A DNA stretch of 64,000 nt from the NCBI RefSeq assembly GCF_006345805.1, contig NC_043006.1:83824001-83888000 (forward strand), in the 5' to 3' direction. The position numbers and the translations under genes were made by a program. The notes under the pieces are model-generated. The model ran no database searches and had not been told where the DNA came from. It saw only the letters and a program-made list of their open reading frames with translations. The stretch comes from Octopus sinensis (lineage: Eukaryota). Below are positions 1 through 11,810 of this stretch, piece after piece; the stretch's first letter is position 1, and every line of letters begins with the position of its first letter.

Positions 1-899
1 CATGGCGGCCTGTCTATTATTCTGTATACATGACACACACAGACACACATGTTAACATATCAATAAATATTCTTCTAATCTTTCTTACGCGGCTGTGTCT
101 TTCTTTCCCATCTGGCATTTATTTGTTCAATTCGATTTCTCTTTATTGTATAGGCCGTGTGATCGAGTACTAAAGAGCCGTTCTCGTCACCTCACATCGC
201 ACGGTCATTGTACTCTCAAGAAATGTTATAACTGTACGTAAGTATATCATTATTCAGTTTATTTCAAGGTTTCTTGCCAACAGAGAAAGAACCGGTTTCT
301 AACCTAGATCCAAGGCTCCTTCATTGGAATTTCAACATCAAGAACAGGATATTTTTGTATGTCTGTGTGTATGTATGTGCAGATTTGTATGTTTTATGTA
401 TGTATTCTCATGCATGTAGTTGCATATCTAGACATGCTCATATATATTTAAATGATAAACTTCTGATGTACGTGTATATGTATGTATTATGTATGTATGT
501 ATGTATGTGAACCTTAAGCCGCATGTGCCACCCACCCAGGAGACAAGTCGACGTAAAGGCTATTCACTGTCTAGCCTCTGACTTCCAGTTCAACTCCCAC
601 CACTATTCTGTTGCTTCTCCCAACCTACATGCAACTAACTTCTTTTCTCTTACTGCCGTTCTCATTGCAGTCAACACTTAAACAAAGCCCGCTCAGGGAA
701 AACCTTTCATCTATCTTCTCACGGTACCGTCAGTCCAATTAGAGTTATCGACTTTACCTTCTCAGGTTATATGACATACTTCATGTCAGGCTTAGAGACA
801 TTTGGAAAACCTGAGTAGAGAGAAAGTTTTCTTCTTATGTGGACCCTCATCTCCCATAATTATGTTGCCTGCAAGGTCTTAGTCTTTTTTTGGAAGAGC

Positions 900-1330
900 T
901 CGGCTCCTTCCCCACTGAGGTTGATCTCGCATAGGTCTGGCATTTTTTTTTTTTCACTTCTCTGAATTCACTTCCCCACCTCTTTACTGGAGGAGGGTGC
1001 TTCTGAGTCCAGGTCTCTTCACACGAGCATCCATTGACGTCCTTCAACCTCAGCCTACTTTCTGTTCGTACTACTACTTTCTCAGTTCCTCGCTTAATTC
1101 CTGATCTTGTGTTTACTCATGCATCTCTGATCTTTTCCTCGTTGGAGACTTTATACCGTCATCGTAAATCTACACTCAACCAACTTGATCTCTCCGGTCA
1201 ATGATGATAGGGATATCTGTAACTGCCCAACCCGGGTGTATAGATCTACTAACTTGTAACTTGGTGAAACTGCAAGCCATCTGCGAGGGTGTTTGTTAAT
1301 TCGCCTCTGGCCTATCACATCTTCCCACAG
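900..1330 (-). pseudogene. Old, highly decayed RTE-type LINE ORF2 C-terminal remnant
   Basis: Frameshifted minus-strand fragments such as KIRN..RGT.KV..ESRLR and PPVKRWGSEFRE resemble the RTE DKIRN / RLRWYGHV / GRP..RW motifs. Confidence 0.35.
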
Positions 1331-2361
1331 ATGTCATACGGTTTTCAAAGAATCGTCACTAGCAGATCATACTGGAAGATCCAGGCCATGAACTTGCATG
1401 GAATGTCTGATCCTTCTATCTTTTTAGACCAGTCGTGATTTTTCTTTCTTTTGTTTCTGTGTCTATTATACATTGCCTCTGTTAGTAAGGAAGTGGGAGC
1501 ATCATACTTCTTCCATATGTATTTTATCGGGTTCTCCTCATTTGATGGAACGTGACCTCACCCTGAATAGGAAGCCGGTATTCGCCACACACTTTCCCAC
1601 TCCTGATCACCAATTTTCTGGCTTCTTATTTTTGTGTAAATGCATGCACGTTCGTACGTGCGTACCTATGTATGTATGTATGTATGTATGTATGTATGTA
1701 TGTATGTATGTATGTATGTATGTATGTATGTATGTATGCGTATGTGTGTGTAGACTCACACACACATACACGCACAAATATATGACTGTGTGGTTAAGGA
1801 GCTCGCTTTGCAACCATGTGGTTTTGGGTTCAGTCTCAGAGCGCGGCACTTTGGGTAAGTATCTTCTACTATAGCCCCTGGCTGACCAACGTCTTATGAG
1901 AGAATTTAGTTGACAGAAACTGTACGGAAGCTCGTTGTTTGTGTGTTTGTGTCTTTGTGTTTGTGCTTACATACACACACACACACACACGCAATTGCAA
2001 CCGGTTTATTTACGTCCCCGTTACGCAGCGGTTCGTCAGAAAGGAACGACAGAATATAAAAAAGGTACCGATGTAAATTAGTTGGACTAAACCCTTCAAG
2101 AAAGTGCCTCAGCATGGCTGCAGTTCAACGATTGAAAGAAATAAAAGATAAAACATAAAAAGTGGGAAGGTGTTCGTGGTATATGCTAGAAACAACAGTT
2201 AAATCGCTTTTAAATCTCACACCTTTTCGTCTCAAAATATTTTCAAAAATTTTCTTTTACTGAAAATGTTTTTCTCGTGGTATTTAAGGGCATGGTGTAA
2301 AAAAAATAACGCCAAAATTGGTAGTGGGAGGTAACGGGTAGCGGTAAACAAAATCATAGAT

Positions 2362-2573
2362 ACAGTTCTATATTGAAGAGATGAGGAATTATGCACGTTA
2401 TTTACAATATTTACATTTGACGGATATTTGTCTTCGTCGTGTTTGTTGTTAACACAACGTTTCGGCTGATATACCCTCCAGCTTTCATCAGGTGTTTTGG
2501 GGAAATTTCGAACCTGGGTTCTCATTCCTAAGGTATTTTTCGGTGTTGTTGTTGTTGTTATTATTATTATTAC

Positions 2574-2622
<49 letters not shown>

Positions 2623-2874
2623 ATCACTGCTTGGAATCGAACTCGGAATCTTGGGGTTAGTAGCCTGCGCTCTTAACCCCAAGATTCCGAGTTTGATTCC
2701 AAGCAGTGACCTGAATAACAACGACAATAACAACAACAACAACAATAATAATAATAACAACAACATCGAAAAAACCTTAGGAATGAGAACCCAGGTTCGA
2801 AATTTCCCCAAGACACCTGACGAAGGCTGGAGGGTATGTCAGATGAGGACAAATATCCGCCAAATGTAAATAAT
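2362..2874 (-). mobile_element. Fold-back insertion of a tRNA-headed, hammerhead-bearing SINE-like element (copy 1)
   Basis: Minus arm 2362-2677 contains a tRNA-like head with B box GTTCGATTCC (2633-2642), (AAT)n and a hammerhead motif (2451-2496). The inverted plus arm is 2674-2874. Imperfect 18-bp TSD: gtaaacaaaatcatagat (2344-2361) / gtaaataaaataatagat (2875-2892). Confidence 0.75.
2451..2496 (-). ncRNA. Minimal type-I hammerhead ribozyme motif with one stem-II mismatch
   Basis: AACAC CUGAUGA A AGCUG GAGGGUAUAU CAGCC GAAA CGUU GUGUU. Stem I is perfect; the G10.1 to A change gives an A-C mismatch at the base of stem II. Confidence 0.6.
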
Positions 2875-2949
2875 GTAAATAAAATAATAGATTTTCAAAA
2901 CTTTTTTCATAAAAAGCTGTCCACCATCATTTCCAAAGACGTAGTGAAA

Positions 2950-3414
2950 AAAATAATTGAAAAAAAATCCACGTCGAAACGAAGAAAACCCAACTTATGT
3001 GGGTGTCCTGATCCGAAACTCATTGATGCCATGAATTGGGAGAATAATCTGGTACAGAATGAGACAGCTGAGCGAGGCTGTTTGGACGCTGATGATTCGG
3101 CACGGCTGACTGGAGATCGAACCTGTTTGGGCGACTGTAGTTTTTGGCACAGAAAGGAAACGCGCGCGCGCAGAAACATATACATGCGAATAGAAAAGCT
3201 GTGAGGAACATTTATTAATTGAACATTTTCCTTTTCCTCATATACATAAAGAGAAATATGCTCACGCACAGAGAAAAAGGAGAGAGAACGAGAGACATTA
3301 AAACGAGAGAACATGAAAATATATGATGTCAAACAAGTCAGCGTCGAATCAACGACGCCAAAACGTCTATACCAAAACGCTTCGCGGTAGCTCCACGTGG
3401 AGATTTTCTCCAAG
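2950..3414 (+). promoter_or_regulatory. Candidate promoter / first-exon region of the SAT-like gene
   Basis: Non-repetitive and CpG-retaining (for example cgcgcgcgcg near 3161, palindromic CCACGTGG at 3393-3400), ending in a consensus 5' splice donor. Confidence 0.35.
3323..3414 (+). CDS. Putative upstream coding exon of the SAT-like gene (MMSNKSASNQRRQNVYTKTLRGSSTWRFSP-S), phase-2 donor
   Basis: Open frame from ATG 3323 to a strong donor AAG|GTAAGA at 3414/3415. Splicing to the acceptor at 7899/7900 gives AG|T ATG, in frame with the SAT ATG. Lies in a CpG-rich, non-repetitive segment. Confidence 0.42.
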
Positions 3415-3541
3415 GTAAGAAAAATGCAGTAACGGCATGAGGAGGTAAATGCAAGGAGCTATGCAATGGGTCAGAACCCGGAACCATGTAGTTAGGAAGC
3501 AAACTTCTTATCACATAGCCACGCCTGCGCTTATGCATGTA

Positions 3542-3869
3542 CGAGGTCAGATGAATAAGTATCCGAACTGTTGCCATAATAACGAAACTAAAACACGCAG
3601 AGTGAAGCCGCTTGGCAAAGTTGGACCTTGAACTCTGTTGTGCATGCGCACTAAGTTTTAACGTTCTATCTCACTTCCGCTGTCTACAACAGGGCTTGGA
3701 AGGAAGGTGTGTAGCGTGTGATCGTGTGGTGCGAAAGTGAGCTAGAACGTTAAAACTTAGTGCGCATGCACAGCAGAGTTTAAGGTCAATCTGTGCCAGG
3801 CGACTTCACTCTGCGTACTTTAGCTTCGTTAGCATGGCAACAGTCCGGATACTTATTGATCAGACTACG
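3542..3869. mobile_element. Mariner-family MITE with about 135-bp inverted arms
   Basis: TA flanks at 3540-41 and 3870-71. Ends cgaggtcagatgaataagtatccgaactg / cagtccggatacttattgatcagactacg. Arms 3542-3676 and 3735-3869 are complementary. Confidence 0.8.
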
Positions 3870-3915
3870 TACGTAACATTCATGCATGCATATTCATAAC
3901 TACACACACTCCCTC

Positions 3916-3984
<69 letters not shown>

Positions 3985-4067
3985 TTCTGATACTCATTAC
4001 ACCTCTGTAGAATACAGAAGCAACTTGAAAGGAAGTTGCTTGTTCAAGTACAGAGTGCTACATTCAC

Positions 4068-4440
4068 ATCAACCACATGGTTCCGGGTTCAGTCCCACTG
4101 CGTGGCACCTTGGGCAAGTGTCTTCTACTATAGCCTCGGACCGACCAAAGCCTTGTGAGTGGATTTGGTAGACGGAAACTGAAAGAAGCCCGCCGAATAT
4201 ATGTATATGTATATATATGTGTGTGTGTGTTTGTGTGTCTGTGTTTGACCCCCAACATCGTTTGACAACCGATTGCTGGTGTGTTTACGTCCCCGTCACT
4301 TAGCGGTTCGGCAAAAAGAGACCGATACAATAAGTACTAGGCTTCCAAAGAATAAGTCCTGGGGTCGATTTGCTCGACTAAAGGCGGTGCTCCAGCATGG
4401 CCGTAGTCAAATGACTGAAACAAGTAAAACAGTAAGTACA
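4068..4440 (+). mobile_element. SINE family A, 5'-truncated (older diverged copy at 1782-2160)
   Basis: Matches the family A consensus with CpGs retained. Confidence 0.9.
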
Positions 4441-4758
4441 GAGTTCTACACTCACACGAGTTGAGCGGGAAAGGAAACTATGATATTACGATGGTGATCC
4501 CAGCAGCAGCATAACCGAAACAATATTTCTTTATGTTTAAGCAAACGTTTGTGCTGATCAAGACCACCATCCACCCTCCTTGAATTCTGTTTGCCCATCA
4601 CACACACACACACACATACATACACACAAACACGCATTTTATCCCTCTCCCCATATTTTCCAAGTAAATAATAACTCTTTCAAGGAAGACAAGGCCTAAA
4701 ACTTATGGAGAGGAGCTGAATCACTTATATTAAAACAGTATTTGACTGTCCCTTTCTT

Positions 4759-5164
4759 ATTTCTTTATTGCCCACAAGAGGCTAAACATAAAGGGGACAA
4801 ACAAGGACAGACACATGGATTAAGTCGATTACATCGACCCCAGTGCGTAACTGGTACTTAATTTATCGTTCCCGAAAGGATGAAAGGCAAAGTCGACCTC
4901 GGCGGAATTTGAACTCAGAACGTAGAGGCAAGCAGACGAAATACCTATTTCTTTACTACCCACAAGGGGCTAAACAGAGGGGACAAACGAGGACAGACAA
5001 ACGGATTAAGTCGATTACATCGACCCCAGTGCGTAACTGGTACTTATTTAATCGATCCCGAAAGGGTGAAAGCAAAGTCGACCTCGGCGAAATTTGAACT
5101 CAGAACGTAACGGCAGACGAAATACGGCTACGCATTTCGCCCGGCGTGCTAACGTTTCTGCCAG
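4759..5164 (-). mobile_element. SINE family B (ggtggcgagctggcagaa head), tandem dimer
   Basis: Two adjacent copies containing gtcgattacatcgaccccagtgcgtaactgg and gaaaggcaaagtcgacctcggcggaatttgaactcagaacg. Confidence 0.9.
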
Positions 5165-5203
5165 TTTAATCACCCTCTTAGACACACACACACACCACAC
5201 ACA

Positions 5204-5246
<43 letters not shown>

Positions 5247-7099
5247 CATGCACGCACGCTCGCGCGTACGTGCAGGCATACATACCAAAACTGTCAGAAA
5301 GCTTGGTGATGAAGAGTGGGAAATTAACTGGCAAATTTCGGCTTCCGATTCAAGGTGATGTTATATACCATCCAATGAGGATGGTACACACCCACACACA
5401 CACACATTCCTCCGAGGTTAACTATATCCTCCATTCTTTCCGGGTCGATAAAATAAGTACCAGTTGAGCACTGGAGTCGGTGTAATCAACTAGACCTCCT
5501 CCCCATAAAATTTCAGGCCTTGTGTCTATAACAGAAAGAATTATAATTATTGATTTCAAATATTGGCACAGGGCCAGTAATATCAGGGAAGGGGTAAGCA
5601 GATTACATTGGCCCCAGTGCTCTACTAGTACTAATTTTATTGACCCCGAAAGGGTGAAAAGCAAAGTTGACGTCGGTGAGATTTGAACTCAGAACGTAAG
5701 GACGGACAAAATGCCGCTAAGCATATTGCCCGGCGCACTAACGATTCTGTCAGCTCGCAGCCTTAAGAATTATTATTATCGTTATTCAGACGATGAGCTA
5801 AATTGTTAGTTTCCGTCTCGTTAGACTCTGAGTCCAAAGTCTAACGAGGTCGACTTTACCTTTCATTCTATCGTGATCGATAAATTAAATACCAATCAAG
5901 TACTACGACCGATGGAATAGGTCCCCCACCCTAAGAATTGCTGGCCTTGTACCAAAATTTGGCAGAACTAATATTATCATTAATATTTTTATGTATATTT
6001 TAAGAAATCACCATTTTCGTACACGCAAATTTAATATTTAACACGTTGTTTATAATTATGCGAGAGCTAATTAATTTTAGGAGCACGGTTAAGTAAAGAG
6101 TAAGTAACAATAGTTTATGGTTTATGAATATAATTGTCTGTGAATAATTTTCGATAAATGAAATAATAAATAAATAAATAAAAAATTGCCCCTCGTCGGA
6201 ATTTGAACGCAGAACGTTAAGAACCATAGAACACACTACCGTATGATAAATTTGTCCGACGTTCAGTCTTCTTTAATCCATACGTCTTTCTTGTGACACT
6301 AATAGTTCCAAATTTTGGCACAAGGCCAAGCAGAAGAACGAAGTAGGTTAATCGATACGACTGACCTCAGTACTATACTGGTACTTAATCATATGGACCC
6401 TTGAGGGTTGAAAGACAAAGTTGACCTCGGCGGGAATTTAGTGTGATAATAATGATTAGCAACATAGAATAATGAGAAATATGTTGAAGGAGGAGCGAAG
6501 GTTGAGGAGTAAAGCATGTTTCTGAAGCCGAAGGTATTTGCCGATATCATCGAACTTCAGGGGTAAAAAAAAAAGCTACATCATTTTATAATTAATTTAC
6601 AGATATATTTATACACTTACGATGAAAATGTTATTGTTTAAAAAATTATATTTAAAAAGCAAAGGTTTATGACATGTCGTTTAATGAATTATTTATTTAC
6701 TACTTTAGAAAGACAAAAAATATAAATTTTAGTTGTTTTTTTTTTAATATTGATCACTGCATCGTGTCGAACTTTTTACAATATTGATTTTAGCGGGACC
6801 AGCAGCTGAAAAATAAGCGCTGGTAATGTGTATTCAATTAGATATATAAATGTCTTTGAATTTCGACTTAAAAGAGCACTTTTGTGTATAATGAAGAAAA
6901 CCGCAACACCAAAGACCCTCCCCCACGTACTCGTACAGACGTGCGTATGCATGTGTGCTACGTGCTTGTGTGCGCGTGTATTTATTAAACAAAATATGTA
7001 TGTACTCATGTATGTGTGTGTATATAAATGCGATGTTTATAAAAGACACAGACAAAAAAAAAAAGAGAAATACACAGACAGGCAGACGGATAGATAGTT

Positions 7100-7825
7100 A
7101 GATAGATAGATAGATAGATAGATAATGAACAGAAATAAACGACAGAGAAATGAAGAAGAAGAAGAAAGCAGCTGAAATTATTATGGGGGTCATTAAATAT
7201 AGCACATGACCCTGGCCCGGTTTTGTGAAATTTTCACATTTTGGTTCGTTTTCAAATATTGAAAAATCGCAAACGGAAAGAGGATCATGCTCTGAGAGAA
7301 ATGATGACAGGAGAATTTAGTTAAATGAGTAAATGACAGTCGAAAAGAAGGGAGAGATAACGATAGTGATGGTGACAGAAAGCTTGAAACAGAGAAGAAA
7401 ACAGAGCGATAAGTAAGTAGGCAGAAAAGAAAGAAGAGATTTAAGGGGGAATAAGAAAGATAAAATGAGAGAGGGGTAACGAAAATAATGAGAATGAGAG
7501 ATTGAGTGAGGAAAAAGGGAGGGCAACGAGAGATATATGAAGTGAAGGAAAAGTGAAGGGCTTGAGAGCAAGAGAGGAAAAAGACAGAGGAAATAAGAAA
7601 AGGGGAGATCGGGAGAGGAAGGAATAAAGAGAAGGAAGAGTAGGGGGTAACAGACAGGGAGAGAAAGAGGAGGAATTGGAAACGAAAAGTAGAAAGATTT
7701 GGTAGAGAAAGAGCTGGAGGGAAAGGTAAAGAGTTAGGGAGTGAGCGAGAGGAGTAAGAGAAAAGATAGAGAGATAGAGGAAGTGAAGCAAGGAAAAAGA
7801 AGGAAAAGGCGAAAGAAAGAAAGAA
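7100..7825 (+). repeat. Purine-rich (A/G) low-complexity tract
   Basis: Strong purine skew on the + strand, immediately upstream of the SAT exon. Confidence 0.9.
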
Positions 7826-7899
7826 ATAGTTGTATAAATACGCTTGACATAGAAGTTCTCTGAGAAAAAATATTACAATTCGTCGTCTTGTTTCCACAG

Positions 7900-7975
7900 T
7901 ATGGCTACCACACGGAAATTTACGGTCCGGGAGGGCAGGAGTTCCGACTGCGAACAAATATATCATTTGATTAAG
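7900..7975 (+). CDS. SAT2: N-terminal coding exon of a spermidine/spermine (diamine) N1-acetyltransferase-like GNAT protein (SAT1/SAT2 family); ATG at 7901
   Basis: 7901-7975 encodes MATTRKFTVREGRSSDCEQIYHLIK. This resembles human SAT1 [22 protein letters not shown] and SAT2 [22 protein letters not shown]. It ends at AAG|GTAAAC in phase 0, at the same LIK| intron position as vertebrate SAT exon 1, and is preceded by the acceptor tcttgtttccacag|T. SAT1 versus SAT2 cannot be resolved from 25 aa. Confidence 0.78.
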
Positions 7976-8010
7976 GTAAACGTGACCTTTCTTTTCAATA
8001 CATACATATT

Positions 8011-8049
<39 letters not shown>

Positions 8050-11000
8050 AATGCTGTGGCTAGTACTGATGAGCTTCCTAACGGGAAACAATAAATTAAG
8101 AAGCGCAAGCTAATTTCGCGAAAAACACATGATGTGTTAGTTTTTTTTCCTATCTGTATAAACAGTGGGTTACGTTTCAGGCTTTATATGTACACACACA
8201 TCTACGTATATATTTATACACATACATAAAAATATGTGTACAAAGCGTTCAGTGGTATTTACAATTATATTTATTTCATTTCTGTATCCTTAAATTTACT
8301 GTGCATGTTTGCATATTTCGGAATAATTCATCTATCTATCTATCTGCACCTTCAACCTTCCAAATGCGCTTGTTTATATAAGTATATATGTGTATGTATA
8401 CTGTGTGCATGTTTATGTATGTTTATATAATACATTGTTTACTGCGAGTACACATTTTTAGTGTCAGATGACCCAGTTTCGATTCTTCGCAGCAACACGA
8501 TGTGAGCATCACATCTTCAGTGTTCTTTTAGAAGATTATTATTATTATTATTATTATTCAAATTCCTCCGAGGTCGATTATACCTTTCATCCTTTCGGGG
8601 TCGATAAAATAAATACCAGTTGAGCACTGGAGTCGATGTAATGGACTAGTCTCCTGCCCCCAAAATTTCAGGCCTTGTGCCTAGAGTAGAATTATTATTA
8701 TCGTTATTCAGACGATGAGTTTTATTGTTAGCTTCTGGCTCTCTGCGTTCTGAGTTCAAATTTTACCGAAGTCAACTTCGCCTTTCATCCTTTCGTAGTC
8801 GATAAAATAATTGCTGGTCAAGTAATGTGACCGAGGGAAGCGACTTGCACCACTCCCGCAAAATTGCTAGCTTTGTACCAAAATTAAACAGAAATATTTT
8901 TATTATTAATAATTGTGTGTATATTTTAAGAAACCACTACTTTCGTACACACATTCAAATTTAATATTTAACACTTTCTTTATAATTATGCGCGAACTAA
9001 TTAATTTTAGGAGCAAGGTGAATTAAAAGGCTTAGTAGAAACTATGTAATAAAGGTTTGTGGTAGCCTTGTATTATTTCAAAAGATAAATGAATATAAAT
9101 TGTCTGTGAATAATTTGCACTAAAGTAACGAAGTTTTAACAATTTAGTTATAATAATAATTTTTCATATATACTTGTTTCCCATGCTACGATAAGCGCAC
9201 GCATCTATACACATTTTCTCATACATACACGCAGTCTGTACTTACATTCATGCACACATATATATTTGCATATTTGAATGGGTATTCATGTGTTTGTGCA
9301 TATTACACATCTCGCACACGTTTTTCTCTCTCTCTTTCTTTCTCTTTCTCTCTCTCACGTGGTGTGTGTGTGTGTGTATGTAATTGTATGTGTGTGTGCG
9401 TGTATGCAGTTTATAATAAACATTCTTGATTTTAATAAAAATGACGAATTTGCGACACGTTCTCTCTAACCACCACTATTACTACCACCGATACCATTCT
9501 TCCTGCTGCTTCTATTCTAATTCTTCTAAGCAACCAACACTAATAATGGTATTTTCTAGCATTGATATTTTCGGTCATTGTTAAAATTATCCCCTATCTA
9601 CATTTGGTTTTTTGCTGTAAACAACAATGTTAAAATCTTCAGATCGTACGTATATAATCATGTGCTCTTACACTGCAGGTCGGTGCCCGATCAAGCAGAC
9701 ACCCATAAAGACACCAGCGTTAATGATACTGTCTTCTGTGCTGACACAGTCTATCTAGGATTACATTATGCAATTTCCTTAAAAAAATAAACAGTTACAT
9801 AAACTAACGGGCTATTTAAGGAAGATTTTGCTGCTATTTTTAGTGGTTCGAGTAAGCGAACATATCGATGGTTATAGAACAAAGTGTGACTGGAATGGTT
9901 CCAATATATTTATTCGTGTTTCGAGATTGGCATAACTTCTTCTCAATGTAACACAGCTTGTTCAGCGATGTTTTCCTGTTCGAATTTCGTATTTTTCTAT
10001 CGGTTTGTTGTCCGCCAGTCTAGTTGTTCCAGTATGGAGGTACTAACATTTTCATTACCACCACCACCATCATCATCATGCTGCTTTCTGATGTGTTTTT
10101 GATGCACCACTTCTTATTCTTCTTCCTGCTTATCTGATCTGAGATTTCTGCCTCCAAGCCGGTTGGTGATGGCTTTTCAATGAAGCATCACCACTTCGCC
10201 GACAACGACGGAATACACATGACAAATTATGCAGTGTTTCTGCCGCCTGTCTGACAGTAGTCAGCTGCTTGCACGCTGTTCCCTTTTAATAACAAGGAAA
10301 GAGGAGAATCGATATTGTTAAAGTTTCTGATCCCTTCTCTACCTTGACTGTTGTTAAGCACCATGTCAACTTAGAATCGAACATATTTTATGATCAAAGC
10401 CATTCCAGTTGCGACAATCCCGTATATTTAAAGGATATCTAAAACTGCAAAACCACATTACTTAACGTGTTTTTGGCCCGCATCTTTTCCTTTTTATATA
10501 ACATGGTAGGGTGTAATTTGCGGCAGATTTATCGGATGATATTTCTAGCAATGCGTGCGACTACATATGTGCGCTGTCGTTGACTCCAAATAGTCAAGCA
10601 AGCGGCTCTGAAAGTGCTATCACCCTAAATGGTCAATGCACTTAAGAATTATTTAAACTTGGATACATAGTTATGAAACTGCATGGTATAAATTTAATGT
10701 AAGAATTTATTCAATGTCTCCTGGTTTATATCTTTTTTTAATACCTGTATCACATATCGCAAAATGGTAAAATTAGATATTTTGCGAATTCTCAACAATT
10801 TTTAAGCATTTTCGAAATTAATACTATGTAGTATGGATGCGTGCGCGCATATCTATACCTTTATAAAACACACATGCGTGTGTATCTATAAATATGTGTA
10901 CACACACACACAAGATATGGTGGAAATGTATATATAAAAAATAATATACGCATAATATATCCATCTTTCTATGTATATATAATATACGCATAATATATAT

Positions 11001-11810
11001 ACATACACACACACTCACACACACACACACATACAATAATTATACACTTTAGAACAATATAATTATAATAATAATAACACCTGTAATAATAATGATACAA
11101 TATATGTAATGATAATGTAATTAAGTTACTAAATGATAATCTCAACATAATAATTATACATTAATAACGCACACACAATTTAGAAATATATATATATATA
11201 TATATATATATATTCTACTATAGGCACAAGGCCACCTAAAATTTTGTAGCAGGGACTAGTCAATTACATCAACCCCAGTGCTCGACTGGTGCTTATTTTA
11301 TCAACCCTGAAAGGATGAAAGGTAAAGTTGACTGCAGTGGAATTTGAACTTAGAATGTTAAGATGGGTGAAATGCCACTAAGCATTTTGTCTAGCACACT
11401 AATGATTCTACCAGCTCACCACCTTGAATATATTCCTAATTCTAAAAGCTTCTTTATTCACCTTATACCTGCAAGTTGACCTTGTTACATTATAATTATT
11501 TACAAACCATACTAATAAAATTACATCTCACACAAACATCAACTCTATGGAAATGACAATGAGCTTAAATATATATTATTGTAGTTGAGCATATCAAAGC
11601 AAAAGTCAGGGAAAAAAAATTACTGGGCTTTTAGAAACAAGCTTAGACATAATGATAGAAAGAAATCCAGTTTAACACAGCCAGGGAAGTACCCTCATCA
11701 GCCGCCAGACAGATATCATTGTAATTTTGACACCAAAGGCATCATCATTATAATAATATATACAATGTATGAAAATATGTATATATACTCATACTTAATC
11801 AATTGATATA

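Noticed and set aside
1-12. ACAG|GCCGCCATG on the minus strand at the window edge
   Set aside because: No pyrimidine tract, and the downstream sequence is outside the window, so it cannot be evaluated.
2836-3413. 122-aa (+) and 168-aa (-) ORFs over the candidate promoter
   Set aside because: No recognisable motifs. The plus ORF starts inside the repeat, and neither has convincing splice sites.
7193-7966. 257-aa minus-strand F/L/S-rich ORF
   Set aside because: Antisense shadow of the polypurine tract and the SAT exon.
8461-8525. Minus-strand CUGAAGA...GAAACUGGGUC hammerhead-like string
   Set aside because: Stem I cannot pair and the stem II region is disrupted. At most a very old remnant.
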